Notes under the pieces: model-generated
The model's input: only the letters and a program-made list of their open reading frames with translations
What the model was told of the DNA's origin: nothing
The model's database searches: none
Shown: positions 1 through 9,254 of the stretch, piece by piece
How positions within the stretch are numbered: position 1 is the stretch's first letter
How the letters are laid out: every line of letters begins with the position of its first letter
Origin: an uncultured bacterium
Lineage (GTDB): Bacteria > Babelota > Babeliae > Babelales > Vermiphilaceae
Assembly: GCA_963695335.1 (NCBI GenBank)
Contig: OY968764.1
Location: forward strand, 1,184,001 to 1,248,000
Length of the DNA stretch: 64,000 nt
Direction: 5' to 3'
Program-made: the position numbers and the translations under genes

Positions 1-35
1 TTCTTTCCTCTCCATACCCACTCCTCACATCAGCT

Positions 36-665
36 ATGCTTGCTATCCATCACGAACAACCAGAAACTGCACGGTTGTTAATTGAAACAAGTAAACATTA
101 TAAAAATCAAAATTGGAAAGATCTGTATCACAAAACGCTTACTGTCCCACAACAAATAGAAGAATGCTTATACCCTGGTGAACATCGAAATTTTACATTT
201 CTTCTTTATGTAACTGCCACTTTGCTTGATAACGCGCATAATCTTAAAAAGCTATATAAACACAAAATACCAACCACCTTAGGACAAAAACTTATAATAA
301 ATGCTTGTTTATATCATAATGCAATACAATGCTTCAAATTTTTATCTGATCGCACAGCGATGCAAAAAACAATAAAAAACCACAATATAGATTTTTTTAT
401 ACTCGCTATTAATGTAAATAACCCAAAAATGGCAAAAATATTCATCAAAAAAAAGCTCTTTTTCATCAATGGTTCATTTAAAGAAAATGGTAAAAAAGTA
501 ACGATACTCGACTTATATCTTCAAGATGAAACATATAAAAATAATATACAAGCCCACGCTCTTTTGCGCAGTCTTGGCGCCAAAACAACTAAAGAAATAC
601 GAGAAGAAGAACGCATACGATATGAACGAAAAATGGAAAGAAGACGGCGAATACAAGGTTATTAA
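36..665 (+). CDS. Ankyrin-like helical orphan protein, probably 5'-truncated by the window edge; paralog of 1172..2155
   Basis: Shares MxA(I/L)HxxxPE, NWKxLY, CLYP, TILDxY and LxSLGAK blocks with 1172..2155. Confidence 0.7.
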   Translation: MLAIHHEQPETARLLIETSKHYKNQNWKDLYHKTLTVPQQIEECLYPGEHRNFTFLLYVTATLLDNAHNLKKLYKHKIPTTLGQKLIINACLYHNAIQCFKFLSDRTAMQKTIKNHNIDFFILAINVNNPKMAKIFIKKKLFFINGSFKENGKKVTILDLYLQDETYKNNIQAHALLRSLGAKTTKEIREEERIRYERKMERRRRIQGY

Positions 666-672
666 TATTGAT

Positions 673-1155
673 ATGAACATCTACACCTTCCTCGATACCA
701 ACAATATCCCTTACGAACGTTTTGATCACCCGGCAGCATTCACCTGTGAACAAGCAGATGCAGTGTGCCCAAAAATGCCGGGTGCATCTATCAAAAATCT
801 TTTTTTATATGATAAAAGAACAAATCATCATTTTTTAGTTGTTGTTGGCAAAGAAAAACAGATTGATCTTAAGCAACTGAAGTTCATCCTTGATGTATCC
901 AACCTCAGTTTTACATCTGAAGAACGCTTACATAAATATTTAGGAGTTACACCAGGCTCTGTGACAGTGCTTGGTCTGATTAATGATACACTGAATTTGG
1001 TGACAGTGATTTTTGATAGCAACCTTGAAAACAAAACATTGCAATGTCATCCATTAATTAACACTGCAACGCTTGCAATTCCATGGGAAGGGATTGAAAA
1101 ATTTTTAAAACTGACGCATCATGATTATCAATTATTAGATCTTCCAACGCGATAA
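673..1155 (+). CDS. YbaK/ProX(PrdX)-family aminoacyl-tRNA deacylase
   Basis: HPAAFTCE, KNLFLYD, LGVTPGSVT and CHPLINTAT motifs; ATG at 673 just after the upstream stop. Confidence 0.85.
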   Translation: MNIYTFLDTNNIPYERFDHPAAFTCEQADAVCPKMPGASIKNLFLYDKRTNHHFLVVVGKEKQIDLKQLKFILDVSNLSFTSEERLHKYLGVTPGSVTVLGLINDTLNLVTVIFDSNLENKTLQCHPLINTATLAIPWEGIEKFLKLTHHDYQLLDLPTR

Positions 1156-1171
1156 ATCCCAAAGGATATTT

Positions 1172-2155
1172 ATGCGCACATCACTTCTTATCATAGCACT
1201 ACCACTTTTAGCATTATCTTCTCTCACAACCTTCAGCATGATACCTTTCACAAAAAATCCTGACATGAACAAAAAAATCTGCGATTACTTATCTCCAGAA
1301 GATAGAGATGACTGCAGATTGGTGTGCAAAAGATGGGCTACAAAAAACAATCAATGGCGATTCATGCCTGATAGCATTGAAAAAAAATATGATATCGTGA
1401 TGAAAAACAGAGGAAAAATTGATAGGAATCTTATTTTCTTCAATCTTATCTATGAAAATGATCTTAATGCAGTGGAATGGTTATGTATGTTAGGTAAAAA
1501 CAATTTAAAGGTCCGCATAGCAGTTATTGATACATTGATGATGGATGTAACAATGATAGCATTGCATAACAACAATCCTGAAATGATGCGATTGCTATGC
1601 AAAATGCATCCAGAATATAATAACAAGAATTGGAAAAATTTATACAAGACAATCACTGCACCCAAGGATCTGCAACTCTGCTTATATCCTCATTGTGATC
1701 GTGATTTTTCATTTATCCCTTATATCGTTACTACTTTCTCGAATAGCTCCCGTAGACTCAAACAGCTTTATACACAGAAAATACCTACCAAAGAAGGACA
1801 ATCGATATTAATACGCCTTTGTGCGGAACGAAATGCATTCCGATGCCTTAGCTTTTTGTTAACAAACGAAGAAGCACAACAGATAATGATGGCAAAAGAA
1901 GATAATAGCAATTATCTATGGAAATTTTTATACACAGCCCTTACACACAATCATCACGAAATCATACACACTCTTATTCAAAGTAAAGTCTATGATATTA
2001 ATGAAGTTAGATTCATGGGCAACTCAACAATACTTGATCAATATAATCTTGATGACAGACGCACAAACTGCGAAAACTCTAAAAATTTTCTCAAAAGTCT
2101 TGGCGCAAAAAGATCACAAGAGCTAGAACAAGAAAAAAAATGTGTCATTCAATAA
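1172..2155 (+). CDS. Secreted F-box-like/ankyrin-like protein
   Basis: Signal peptide, then PDMNKKICDYLSPEDRDDCRLVCKRW (F-box-like) and helical repeats; ends in CVIQ. Confidence 0.7.
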   Translation: MRTSLLIIALPLLALSSLTTFSMIPFTKNPDMNKKICDYLSPEDRDDCRLVCKRWATKNNQWRFMPDSIEKKYDIVMKNRGKIDRNLIFFNLIYENDLNAVEWLCMLGKNNLKVRIAVIDTLMMDVTMIALHNNNPEMMRLLCKMHPEYNNKNWKNLYKTITAPKDLQLCLYPHCDRDFSFIPYIVTTFSNSSRRLKQLYTQKIPTKEGQSILIRLCAERNAFRCLSFLLTNEEAQQIMMAKEDNSNYLWKFLYTALTHNHHEIIHTLIQSKVYDINEVRFMGNSTILDQYNLDDRRTNCENSKNFLKSLGAKRSQELEQEKKCVIQ

Positions 2156-2653
2156 CTACCATCGCTTTTTTTTCCGCGGAAATAATCGCCACAAAAACTG
2201 ACGTGTTCCAAAATCAAGCCACAAATGTGATAGTGCTCCGACAATAAAAAACATAGTATCAACAAAAAGATGCATCGCTTTATGCGGCAATAACGTTGCA
2301 ACAATCACCCACACAAGTAACGGCAATGCAATCACAAAGCGTGGGCTATGAAAAATACCCCGATGCTTAACGAGCATAGGAGTAATCATGACAAAACTGA
2401 AACAAGTGAGCATCTGCAGACGTTGTTGATATGCCAAAACAAATAAAACAACAAGCACCGCGTAATAAAAATATTTCTGCCCCTTACTTTTAATATCAAT
2501 ATCAGGGAACAATGCACCAGCCAGCACACATAACAACCATTCCCCCATCATCAGATGCGTTGGTTGCGGGATTATAACAAGCCCAACAAGTCCAAAAAGC
2601 ACCAAGCAAAACGCTATTGTTCCGCCCACCAAATGACCTTTATACCCTGGCAT
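2156..2653 (-). CDS. Membrane-bound metal-dependent hydrolase (YdjM-like)
   Basis: GH, GALFPDID, HRGIFHS and SHLWLD motifs with TM helices. Confidence 0.85.
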   Translation of the reverse strand: MPGYKGHLVGGTIAFCLVLFGLVGLVIIPQPTHLMMGEWLLCVLAGALFPDIDIKSKGQKYFYYAVLVVLFVLAYQQRLQMLTCFSFVMITPMLVKHRGIFHSPRFVIALPLLVWVIVATLLPHKAMHLFVDTMFFIVGALSHLWLDFGTRQFLWRLFPRKKKRW

Positions 2654-2764
2654 TATTACCCATTCTCCCGTTAAATCTACGTTTGTTTTCCTATATGAAC
2701 CATAATTTGATACTATAATGTTTATAGCATAAGTTATTATGTTTACCCTACTTAATTCTATCCT

Positions 2765-2838
2765 GCGCTCGCCCTGAACCTGTTGAAGGGTATCCTCGAG
2801 CGCTCAAAGATATCCTTCGACAAGCTCAGGACGAGCGC
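2765..2838. repeat. REP-like palindrome family A, full hairpin copy
   Basis: GCGCTCGCCCTGAACCTGTTGAAGG...CCTTCGACAAGCTCAGGACGAGCGC inverted arms; recurs across the window. Confidence 0.9.
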
Positions 2839-2888
2839 GAAGAAACATTAAGATGGGTCATCAATCCGCAAAATTAAGGAAATTAAAA

Positions 2889-3752
2889 ATGCTTTCCGAA
2901 TTACTCATTATACAAGGAATTATAGAACGCGGCCTCATTTTTGGCATCACCGTCATGGCAATATATATCACCTCTCGCATTATTCATTTTGACGACCTTT
3001 CTGTTGAAGGGACTTTTGGTCTTGGTGGTGCATTAATGGCACTTTTACTCACACGTAACGTGCATTGGTTCATCGCATTCCCTCTTGTCATTGCAGCAGG
3101 TGCAATTGCAGGAGCAGCAACAGGCTTATTACATACCAAATTAAAACTCAATAATCTCATCAGTGGTATTGTTGTCACCACAGCACTCTTTTCTATTAAC
3201 CTGAAAATTGCTGGTTCGAATATGGTTGTAGGGAGCAAACCAACCATATTCGATCTGATTGCTGGCGCAGCAAACATGAAAATAATTATATTACTTCCTT
3301 TAATCTGCGCACTTCTTTTGACCATCAAATGGTTCTTGCACACGGAATGTGGTTTTTTATTTAAAGCAGTTGGCGATAATCCGCAGATGCTCACTAATTT
3401 AGGTAAAAATGCAGATACATACACCATTGCAGCGCTTGCCCTCGCCAATGGAATTACTGCATGTGCCGGAGCCTTATTTGTACAATATGTTGGTTATTTT
3501 TCCATCTGGTCGAGCGTTGGTATTTTGATCATTGCACTTGCAGGGCTTATACTTTCTGAAACACTGGGAAAATCTTTTGGATTTAATTTATTAATTGGCG
3601 CAATACTGTACCAAGCAATTCTTGCAGCAACCTTTGAATTTAATGTTGATCCTGAATGGAATAAATTAATTACTGCAGTTCTTATTGTTCTCATGATCGC
3701 GTTAAAAAAACATTCCACCATTCTTGACAAGGGCAATCATGATAAAATTTGA
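2889..3752 (+). CDS. ABC transporter permease (putative Trp/Tyr-type)
   Basis: DLSVEGTFGLGG and AVGDNP motifs, multiple TMs, AAGGA RBS before ATG 2889. Confidence 0.85.
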   Translation: MLSELLIIQGIIERGLIFGITVMAIYITSRIIHFDDLSVEGTFGLGGALMALLLTRNVHWFIAFPLVIAAGAIAGAATGLLHTKLKLNNLISGIVVTTALFSINLKIAGSNMVVGSKPTIFDLIAGAANMKIIILLPLICALLLTIKWFLHTECGFLFKAVGDNPQMLTNLGKNADTYTIAALALANGITACAGALFVQYVGYFSIWSSVGILIIALAGLILSETLGKSFGFNLLIGAILYQAILAATFEFNVDPEWNKLITAVLIVLMIALKKHSTILDKGNHDKI

Positions 3753-4488
3753 AAATGTTTCAATAACTATTGATAACAAACAGATTCTTAAAAATATTAC
3801 CTGTACTATTAACAGTGGTGATTTTATTGTTATTGTTGGCCCAAATGGTGCAGGAAAAAGTACATTCTTTGATATGATTAGTGGTAAACGGATTGCAACA
3901 AGTGGTAAAATTTTTCTTGATAATATCGAAATTACACATCTTGATGAACAGCACCGCGCACTGTTTATCAGCAGACTTTTCCAAAATCCACAACTCAATG
4001 GTGTTGCATCAATGACCGTTGCACAAAATCTTGCACTGAGCAATTACAAAGGAAAAACCGTCAGCTTATGCAATGGCATGAGTACATTCCCTGCACATTT
4101 AACTGCAGAGCTTGAAAAACTGAATCTTGGATCATCAAAAATATTACACACACCCATGAAAGATCTTTCTGGCGGGCAACGTCAACTGCTTGCGTTTATC
4201 ATGGCAACAATACTGCCACCACGTCTTTTTATGCTTGATGAACCAACTGCAGCACTTGATCCACAATCAGCAACAAAGTTGTTACAATTTGCTATCAAGT
4301 TCATCAATGAACATAAGCTCACCACTTTGCTTATTACGCATGATCCAGAACTTGCGCTCACTATTGGCAAAAAAATATGGGTATTGGAAGATGGGGAAAT
4401 TACTAAGCAATTTGATTCAAAAGATGTGGGGAATATTTCTGCATCTGATTTGATTGGGCATATTGATTACAAAAAATTAAGTTATTAA
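3739..4488 (+). CDS. ABC transporter ATP-binding protein
   Basis: GPNGAGKST, LSGGQRQ, LDEPTAALD, ITHD. Confidence 0.95.
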   Translation: MIKFENVSITIDNKQILKNITCTINSGDFIVIVGPNGAGKSTFFDMISGKRIATSGKIFLDNIEITHLDEQHRALFISRLFQNPQLNGVASMTVAQNLALSNYKGKTVSLCNGMSTFPAHLTAELEKLNLGSSKILHTPMKDLSGGQRQLLAFIMATILPPRLFMLDEPTAALDPQSATKLLQFAIKFINEHKLTTLLITHDPELALTIGKKIWVLEDGEITKQFDSKDVGNISASDLIGHIDYKKLSY

Positions 4489-4587
4489 TTTTGAATTTTA
4501 TTAAGATCTTTTAATCTCCAGCTTAACGCCGGAGACCTAAACCTTCACTTCGTTACGGTTATCTTTTACGCAAAGGGGTCTTGTGAC

Positions 4588-6056
4588 CAATGCTGTCAAC
4601 TTAAGCAATGGATTGGCATTGTTGACCCCCTTCATAAAGCTTTCCTATCAACTTTATATCTAACCTGTCTGGAATTGCGGGGAAATTGTCTTCCGGGAAT
4701 AACGGGTACCAGATTTCTTTTTATGCGATTTTTTAGTTTTTCACAATATTCACTGAGATCTTGATCCCCAAGAAAAATATCCATTATTTCATCTTTTATC
4801 GTTCCTATTAATATATTGCGATTAACTTTATATTTATACTTAAGTATTTTTTCTTTTTGACTTGATTTTTGGAGTTCAATTGTAAGTTCTTCTTGTGCTT
4901 CAGACATAAGTAATGCTGAGACATTACATGCAAAAATTGTAGCATAAAAATCTTGCTCTATTGCTGTTTTTGATCTGCCACTAAAGTTTTCAATTTTTGC
5001 TATATTTTTATAAAATTTATAATTTTCTTCAATATTCCATCTCAAATGATAGAGGGAAAAAATATCATTAGAGCTGAATTTATTTTGGTCCATTAAAGAA
5101 GTGATAATGTATTCTTTTTGACCATTAGGTAAATCTAATATTAAAAATCTTAATTTTAACGTTGCATCATGTTGTAAATTAGATAAATATTCATTTAGTG
5201 GTGCATTTGGAGATTTTCTTTTTTCAAATATAGGAATTGTTATAATAGAATCGCGACATTCAGATTTTATTGCAGCATTGATCTCGGAAAAAAAGTTTTT
5301 TTGAATCCTAGCTAAAAAATGCTTTTTTGCATTGTCCAACATAATCAACAACCCTAAAGATGGATAACCTCTATCGAAGATTAATAAGTCTTCGAATGAT
5401 TGATGTGAATTATTAATTTGAGCTAGATACTTAATATGTTCATCAGCCATACAACGCTCTGAAGCTTTATTGTCTTTTATTAAGCCATGTAAAGTAACCT
5501 GATTCAATACATCAAACATTGTAGATATTCTCGCTAAAGGAATATTGGAATCATGAATGTGTGTTCCATAAAAATGATATAAATCATCATCTATAGGTAA
5601 TCTTAAGGTTGATCCATCTATTGCTAAAACTCTAAAGCCTTTAAAGGTTTCAATTTCATTATCTGTATAAAATTCTTCTAATAATTTTTGATTCAGCAAT
5701 GTAAAAACCATGGGAGATAATTTTTTTCGTGCTTTTGAAAATGCTTGCTTACTAACACTTGAAATGTTAAAAAAGTCTGCAAAAGAATATAATTCGAGTT
5801 GCAGACTTTTTTTTACAAAATTAATTATAAATACCGTTAAATTTGTAAATGTTAAAGATCGATTTCTTGTAAAATCTTGTTGTTGTAGCTTACAATTTTC
5901 ACGCAATTGAGAACTTAATAAATATTTTTTTATTCTTTTGAAGATTTCTGCAACTCTTTTTTTTGTATCATTGCTTTAATTCCTTTTTTTAAGGAATAAT
6001 AATATCATATAAAAAATTTAAAAATATTGACTCAATTTCTTAAGTTGACAGCATTG
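4588..6056 (-). mobile_element. IS4-family insertion sequence
   Basis: Perfect 18-bp TIRs CAATGCTGTCAACTTAAG (4588-4605 and 6039-6056); 10-bp DR GTCTTGTGAC (4578-4587 and 6057-6066). Confidence 0.95.
4632..5906 (-). CDS. IS4-family DDE transposase (true start may lie upstream, ~5971)
   Basis: AIDGS, FDRGY and YHLRWNIEENYKFYK (YREK motif). Confidence 0.95.
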   Translation of the reverse strand: MRENCKLQQQDFTRNRSLTFTNLTVFIINFVKKSLQLELYSFADFFNISSVSKQAFSKARKKLSPMVFTLLNQKLLEEFYTDNEIETFKGFRVLAIDGSTLRLPIDDDLYHFYGTHIHDSNIPLARISTMFDVLNQVTLHGLIKDNKASERCMADEHIKYLAQINNSHQSFEDLLIFDRGYPSLGLLIMLDNAKKHFLARIQKNFFSEINAAIKSECRDSIITIPIFEKRKSPNAPLNEYLSNLQHDATLKLRFLILDLPNGQKEYIITSLMDQNKFSSNDIFSLYHLRWNIEENYKFYKNIAKIENFSGRSKTAIEQDFYATIFACNVSALLMSEAQEELTIELQKSSQKEKILKYKYKVNRNILIGTIKDEIMDIFLGDQDLSEYCEKLKNRIKRNLVPVIPGRQFPRNSRQVRYKVDRKAL

Positions 6057-6104
6057 GTCTTGTGACCCCTCTGCACTCGCACACAAACATCCTGTTTGAT
6101 CAAG

Positions 6105-6161
6105 CCCCAGTTTTTTGTTCCACTCCAAACCGGGGACCCCATCGTAAGAATGAAGATGGGG
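6105..6161. repeat. Palindrome family D (GGGGACCCC core)
   Basis: CCCC...CGGGGACCCCATC...GATGGGG; related copies at 9671, 10584, 28580-28720 and 63523. Confidence 0.75.
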
Positions 6162-6239
6162 AAAAATTCAGGCCACAGTCTGCTCGGAAGCAGCCTAAAC
6201 CATCATACGTAGCTCATGGGACTTTTTACATTATTTTAA

Positions 6240-6329
6240 CGTTCGCCCATTTCGACAAGCTCAATGCGAACGGAAGATATCTCTTTTGATGCGCTCGTCC
6301 TGAGCCTGTCGAAGGATATCTCTGAGCGC
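6240..6329. repeat. Family A REP half-copies
   Basis: CGTTCG...TTCGACAAGCTCAATGCGAACG and GCGCTCGTCCTGAGCCTGTCGAAGG...GAGCGC. Confidence 0.85.
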
Positions 6330-6358
6330 AAATTTAAATAAGTACCTACACATTTCGC

Positions 6359-6530
6359 ATGATGGTTTAGGCTGCTTCTTAGCAGACTGTGGCCTGAATT
6401 CGAAATGATCTAAGGGATCAAAGGGAACGTTTGTGTATCGGGGGTGTGGGGGTGTTTTACACAAATACCCCCACAGAATCAACCGTAACGAAGTGAAGGT
6501 TCAGGTCTCCGGCGTTAAGCTGGAGATTAA
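6359..6530. repeat. Repeat family B, right (inverted) copy
   Basis: Reverse-complement match to 4511-4560 and 6165-6206; internal hairpins such as CTCCGGC-GTTAA-GCTGGAG. Confidence 0.85.
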
Positions 6531-6544
6531 TTCTTCTCTAAGAG

Positions 6545-6584
6545 AGCGCTCAAAGATATCCTTCAACAAGTTCAGGACGAGCGC
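6545..6584. repeat. Family A REP right half
   Basis: AGCGCTCAAAGATATCCTTCAACAAGTTCAGGACGAGCGC. Confidence 0.85.
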
Positions 6585-6624
6585 TATATTTGAATTCTTA
6601 TCTTAATTTTTATCTCAAATGAAT

Positions 6625-6646
6625 TTACGCAGCAGCTGCTGCGTAA
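6625..6646. terminator. Perfect 22-bp palindrome downstream of spoIID, probable terminator
   Basis: TTACGCAGCAGCTGCTGCGTAA is self-complementary. Confidence 0.45.
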
Positions 6647-6669
6647 TTATAATTCTAACAATTTCATAT

Positions 6670-7803
6670 TTATAACAACTTCATAAATTGGGTGCCAGGA
6701 TAATAAAATTTTAAAATACTTTTATAATCCCACCCATCACGCACCATCTGACGTGCACCCCATTGGCACAACCCAATATGATGACCAAAACCACGGCCGG
6801 AAAATGTTATTTTTCCGGCATTTTTACGTACATCAAAATGAAATGATTTAACATCTTTAAGCGCTGAATACAGTTTTTTTCCAGAAACAACGGTGTGCGC
6901 CTTGGGTCCTCTTAATTGTACTTCAGAAACCAATCCCGCTTTATCTTTTTTAACAATGTGAATGTCATGCAACTGTGCAATTTCAGGTTTATGGTGATGC
7001 AGAAGTTTATCAAGCATCGCATGATCGTATGATACTTGCCATGAATACAATGAACAACTTTTGCAATGCGTACATGCATATGAACGCGCTAAATACGGAA
7101 CTTTTGCAAAATCAAAATCATCAACGAGTGCAGGAATAATACCCCCGCAACATGAATCAAACATTGCTAAAATTGGCTTTCCATTAAAACCAAGCACGAT
7201 TCCTTTAGTTTGCTCTACTGCTGATTTTAATACTGGCAAATCATGCCTACCTTTATATGTTTGATGCGCATTACTATTTTTAAGATGATATGGACGACTA
7301 CTTTTTTTTGCTTCTAAAACTTTATGTGCACCGTAACTGCGGCATGCAATAGCGAGTGATTTATTCACTTCTAACGGCCATCCTGGCCAACTTTCTGTTT
7401 TTAATACTGCAGTAATATAATCTTCCAATTCAACGCAGTTAATACATAAATAACTATCTTTATGATGCATAATACAAAACTCACCATCATACGCAACACC
7501 ATTCAACTGTGCATGCCCGCTGATTGGTCGCACGCGCACTGCATGTTTAAGACGCTTACCTTTATAAAATAAAAAACCACGCTTTACCGTGAGTTTAAAC
7601 TGTTTTACTGTAATTGGTTTTTTTAAGTGTTTGTCATTCCCATCAACTGCTTGAATAATAAACCCTTTTGGCGATGTAAATGACCACTGTACAAAAGATG
7701 TTGCATCACATTCAGAAATTAAAACACGCACGGTCATATGAGCACACGAAATATTACAAAATAAAACAATAAAACAGGTGAATAACCTAAAGATGGATAT
7801 CAT
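6670..7803 (-). CDS. SpoIID/LytB-domain peptidoglycan lytic transglycosylase
   Basis: LEDYITAVLKTE, AIACRSY, SCCGG and GRGFGHHIGLCQWGA; signal peptide from ATG 7803. Confidence 0.9.
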   Translation of the reverse strand: MISIFRLFTCFIVLFCNISCAHMTVRVLISECDATSFVQWSFTSPKGFIIQAVDGNDKHLKKPITVKQFKLTVKRGFLFYKGKRLKHAVRVRPISGHAQLNGVAYDGEFCIMHHKDSYLCINCVELEDYITAVLKTESWPGWPLEVNKSLAIACRSYGAHKVLEAKKSSRPYHLKNSNAHQTYKGRHDLPVLKSAVEQTKGIVLGFNGKPILAMFDSCCGGIIPALVDDFDFAKVPYLARSYACTHCKSCSLYSWQVSYDHAMLDKLLHHHKPEIAQLHDIHIVKKDKAGLVSEVQLRGPKAHTVVSGKKLYSALKDVKSFHFDVRKNAGKITFSGRGFGHHIGLCQWGARQMVRDGWDYKSILKFYYPGTQFMKLL

Positions 7804-8251
7804 GACTTTGCAACAACGCAATATATTTGTGAGGGGGAATATTCTTACAATCAATACCATAATTTGCCATCGCGTCAGCTTGCGTATTTTCATCACGCAA
7901 CACGTGCGCAACGGTAGCACGTAATTTTTGAATATATTTTTTACACAAAGCATGTAATGGCTGCAAATGAGGTTGCTTAACTTTGTATATGCCAGTTAAC
8001 TGACGCACTAATAACTGTGAATCAGAAATAATCTGCACTTGATCATCAACACCAAGATGTTTTTCTAATAAAAAAAGACCAAATAACAATGCCAAATATT
8101 CAGCCTGATTATTGGTCTTAATACCAAGGTAATAACCTTCTTTAATTTCTAAAATTCCATCTTTTTCAATATAGATACCTGCACCGGAAGGGCCAGGATT
8201 GTTGCGAGAAGCACCATCAACAAAAAGTTTCCATGTTACATTTTTTTTCAT
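7787..8251 (-). CDS. rnhA: Ribonuclease HI family protein
   Basis: FVDGASRNNPGPSGAG, TNNQAEY, SDSQL, NTQADAMAN. Confidence 0.9.
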   Translation of the reverse strand: MKKNVTWKLFVDGASRNNPGPSGAGIYIEKDGILEIKEGYYLGIKTNNQAEYLALLFGLFLLEKHLGVDDQVQIISDSQLLVRQLTGIYKVKQPHLQPLHALCKKYIQKLRATVAHVLRDENTQADAMANYGIDCKNIPPHKYIALLQSHDIHL

Positions 8252-8967
8252 TGATGTTTTTCCATAATTTCTGGTGCATACAATAAACGGTAACAATTCT
8301 GACACTGCAAAAGAGCTCCACGTTTTGCACGGATCATTTCTTGCTGCGTAATCAAATGGGAACATGCGCTACAACTTTGATGAACAATTTCAACAACAGG
8401 ATCTGGCACTCGTGCACGCATCATGGTATATTTTTCTAACCATTCAACGGGAACATTTGCTTCTTTTTCTACGCGCTGCGCGGCAAGCTGAGTAATTTCA
8501 TCACTCAAATGTACCGATTTTGTTTCTAATTCTTGCACCTTTTCATGCAACTGTTGCAGCTGTTTTTCATACTCTTTTGTTTTTTTCTGCAAACTGTGTT
8601 GTGCATTTTCAAGCTGATGCCATGCATCCAAAACTAACTGTTCTTGATCAACTTGCATCTGTTGAACTGCTTCAATTTCTGCTTTAATTGCTTGATACTC
8701 TTTATAATCGGCAAGACGTTCTAATCGTTGTTTTTTATCTTTTTCTTTTTGATCAAGAGATTTCATTTCAAGCTCTTGTTCATCAACATTTTTCTTGAAC
8801 TGAAAAACACGTTTATTCATTTCATCAATATCACGTGCGTGCTCTTCTTCTTGCTTATTGAGATGTGCAATTTCGGATAAGATAGATTTTTTTTCAGTTT
8901 CTAAAGAATGGATTTTCTGATCAAAATTGACGAGATCGATAAATCGAAGAAATGGATGATCACTCAT
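8248..8967 (-). CDS. Coiled-coil, C4 zinc-ribbon protein (CT398/HP0958-like)
   Basis: Long coiled coil with CSAC...CQNC at the C-terminus; typical linkage to RNase H. Confidence 0.85.
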   Translation of the reverse strand: MSDHPFLRFIDLVNFDQKIHSLETEKKSILSEIAHLNKQEEEHARDIDEMNKRVFQFKKNVDEQELEMKSLDQKEKDKKQRLERLADYKEYQAIKAEIEAVQQMQVDQEQLVLDAWHQLENAQHSLQKKTKEYEKQLQQLHEKVQELETKSVHLSDEITQLAAQRVEKEANVPVEWLEKYTMMRARVPDPVVEIVHQSCSACSHLITQQEMIRAKRGALLQCQNCYRLLYAPEIMEKHQ

Positions 8968-8996
8968 GTATTCCCCTCACAGCTCTCTTTAATGTT

Positions 8997-9073
8997 TGGT
9001 GGGCCCACCAGGATTTGAACCTGGGACCTTTCGGTTATGAGCCGACTGCTCTGACCAGCTGAGCTATAGGCCC
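8997..9073 (-). tRNA. tRNA with CAT anticodon, probably tRNA-Ile2 (lysidine)
   Basis: GGGCCTATAGCTCAGCTGG...GTCGGCT-CAT-AACCGAA...GGTTCAAATCC...GGGCCCACCA; cloverleaf with encoded CCA; Ile2-like stems. Confidence 0.9.
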
Positions 9074-9254
9074 CACACTTTTTTATCACAAGAAGCACGT
9101 AAATAAATACGTAGCTGCATTGATAGAATAGCTTAAATAAGAAAATTTGTGAAGCGCGAATATGCATTTTTTTAAATTATTGTAACTTCCCGAAAAACCT
9201 GTAATCTTACACCTTATACAAAAAAAACATTCCTCCATTTTAAAAGGATTTTCC

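Larger units (their letters stand above)
4511..6206. repeat. Repeat family B, left copy (interrupted by IS4 and by a family D palindrome)
   Basis: 4511-4560 is 49/50 identical to the reverse complement of 6481-6530; 6165-6206 is 40/42 identical to the reverse complement of 6359-6400. Confidence 0.85.

Noticed and set aside
6062..6482. Short ORFs 6062..6289 and 6261..6482 sharing FRPQSA.KQPKPS
   Set aside because: They are translations of the inverted family B repeat copies, with no RBS or other coding support
4511..6530. Family B inverted copies as the ends of a larger transposon carrying the IS4 transposase
   Set aside because: The IS4 element has its own TIRs and DR inside the left copy, and no DR is evident around the outer pair
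8964..9167. 67-aa ORF
   Set aside because: It overlaps the tRNA gene
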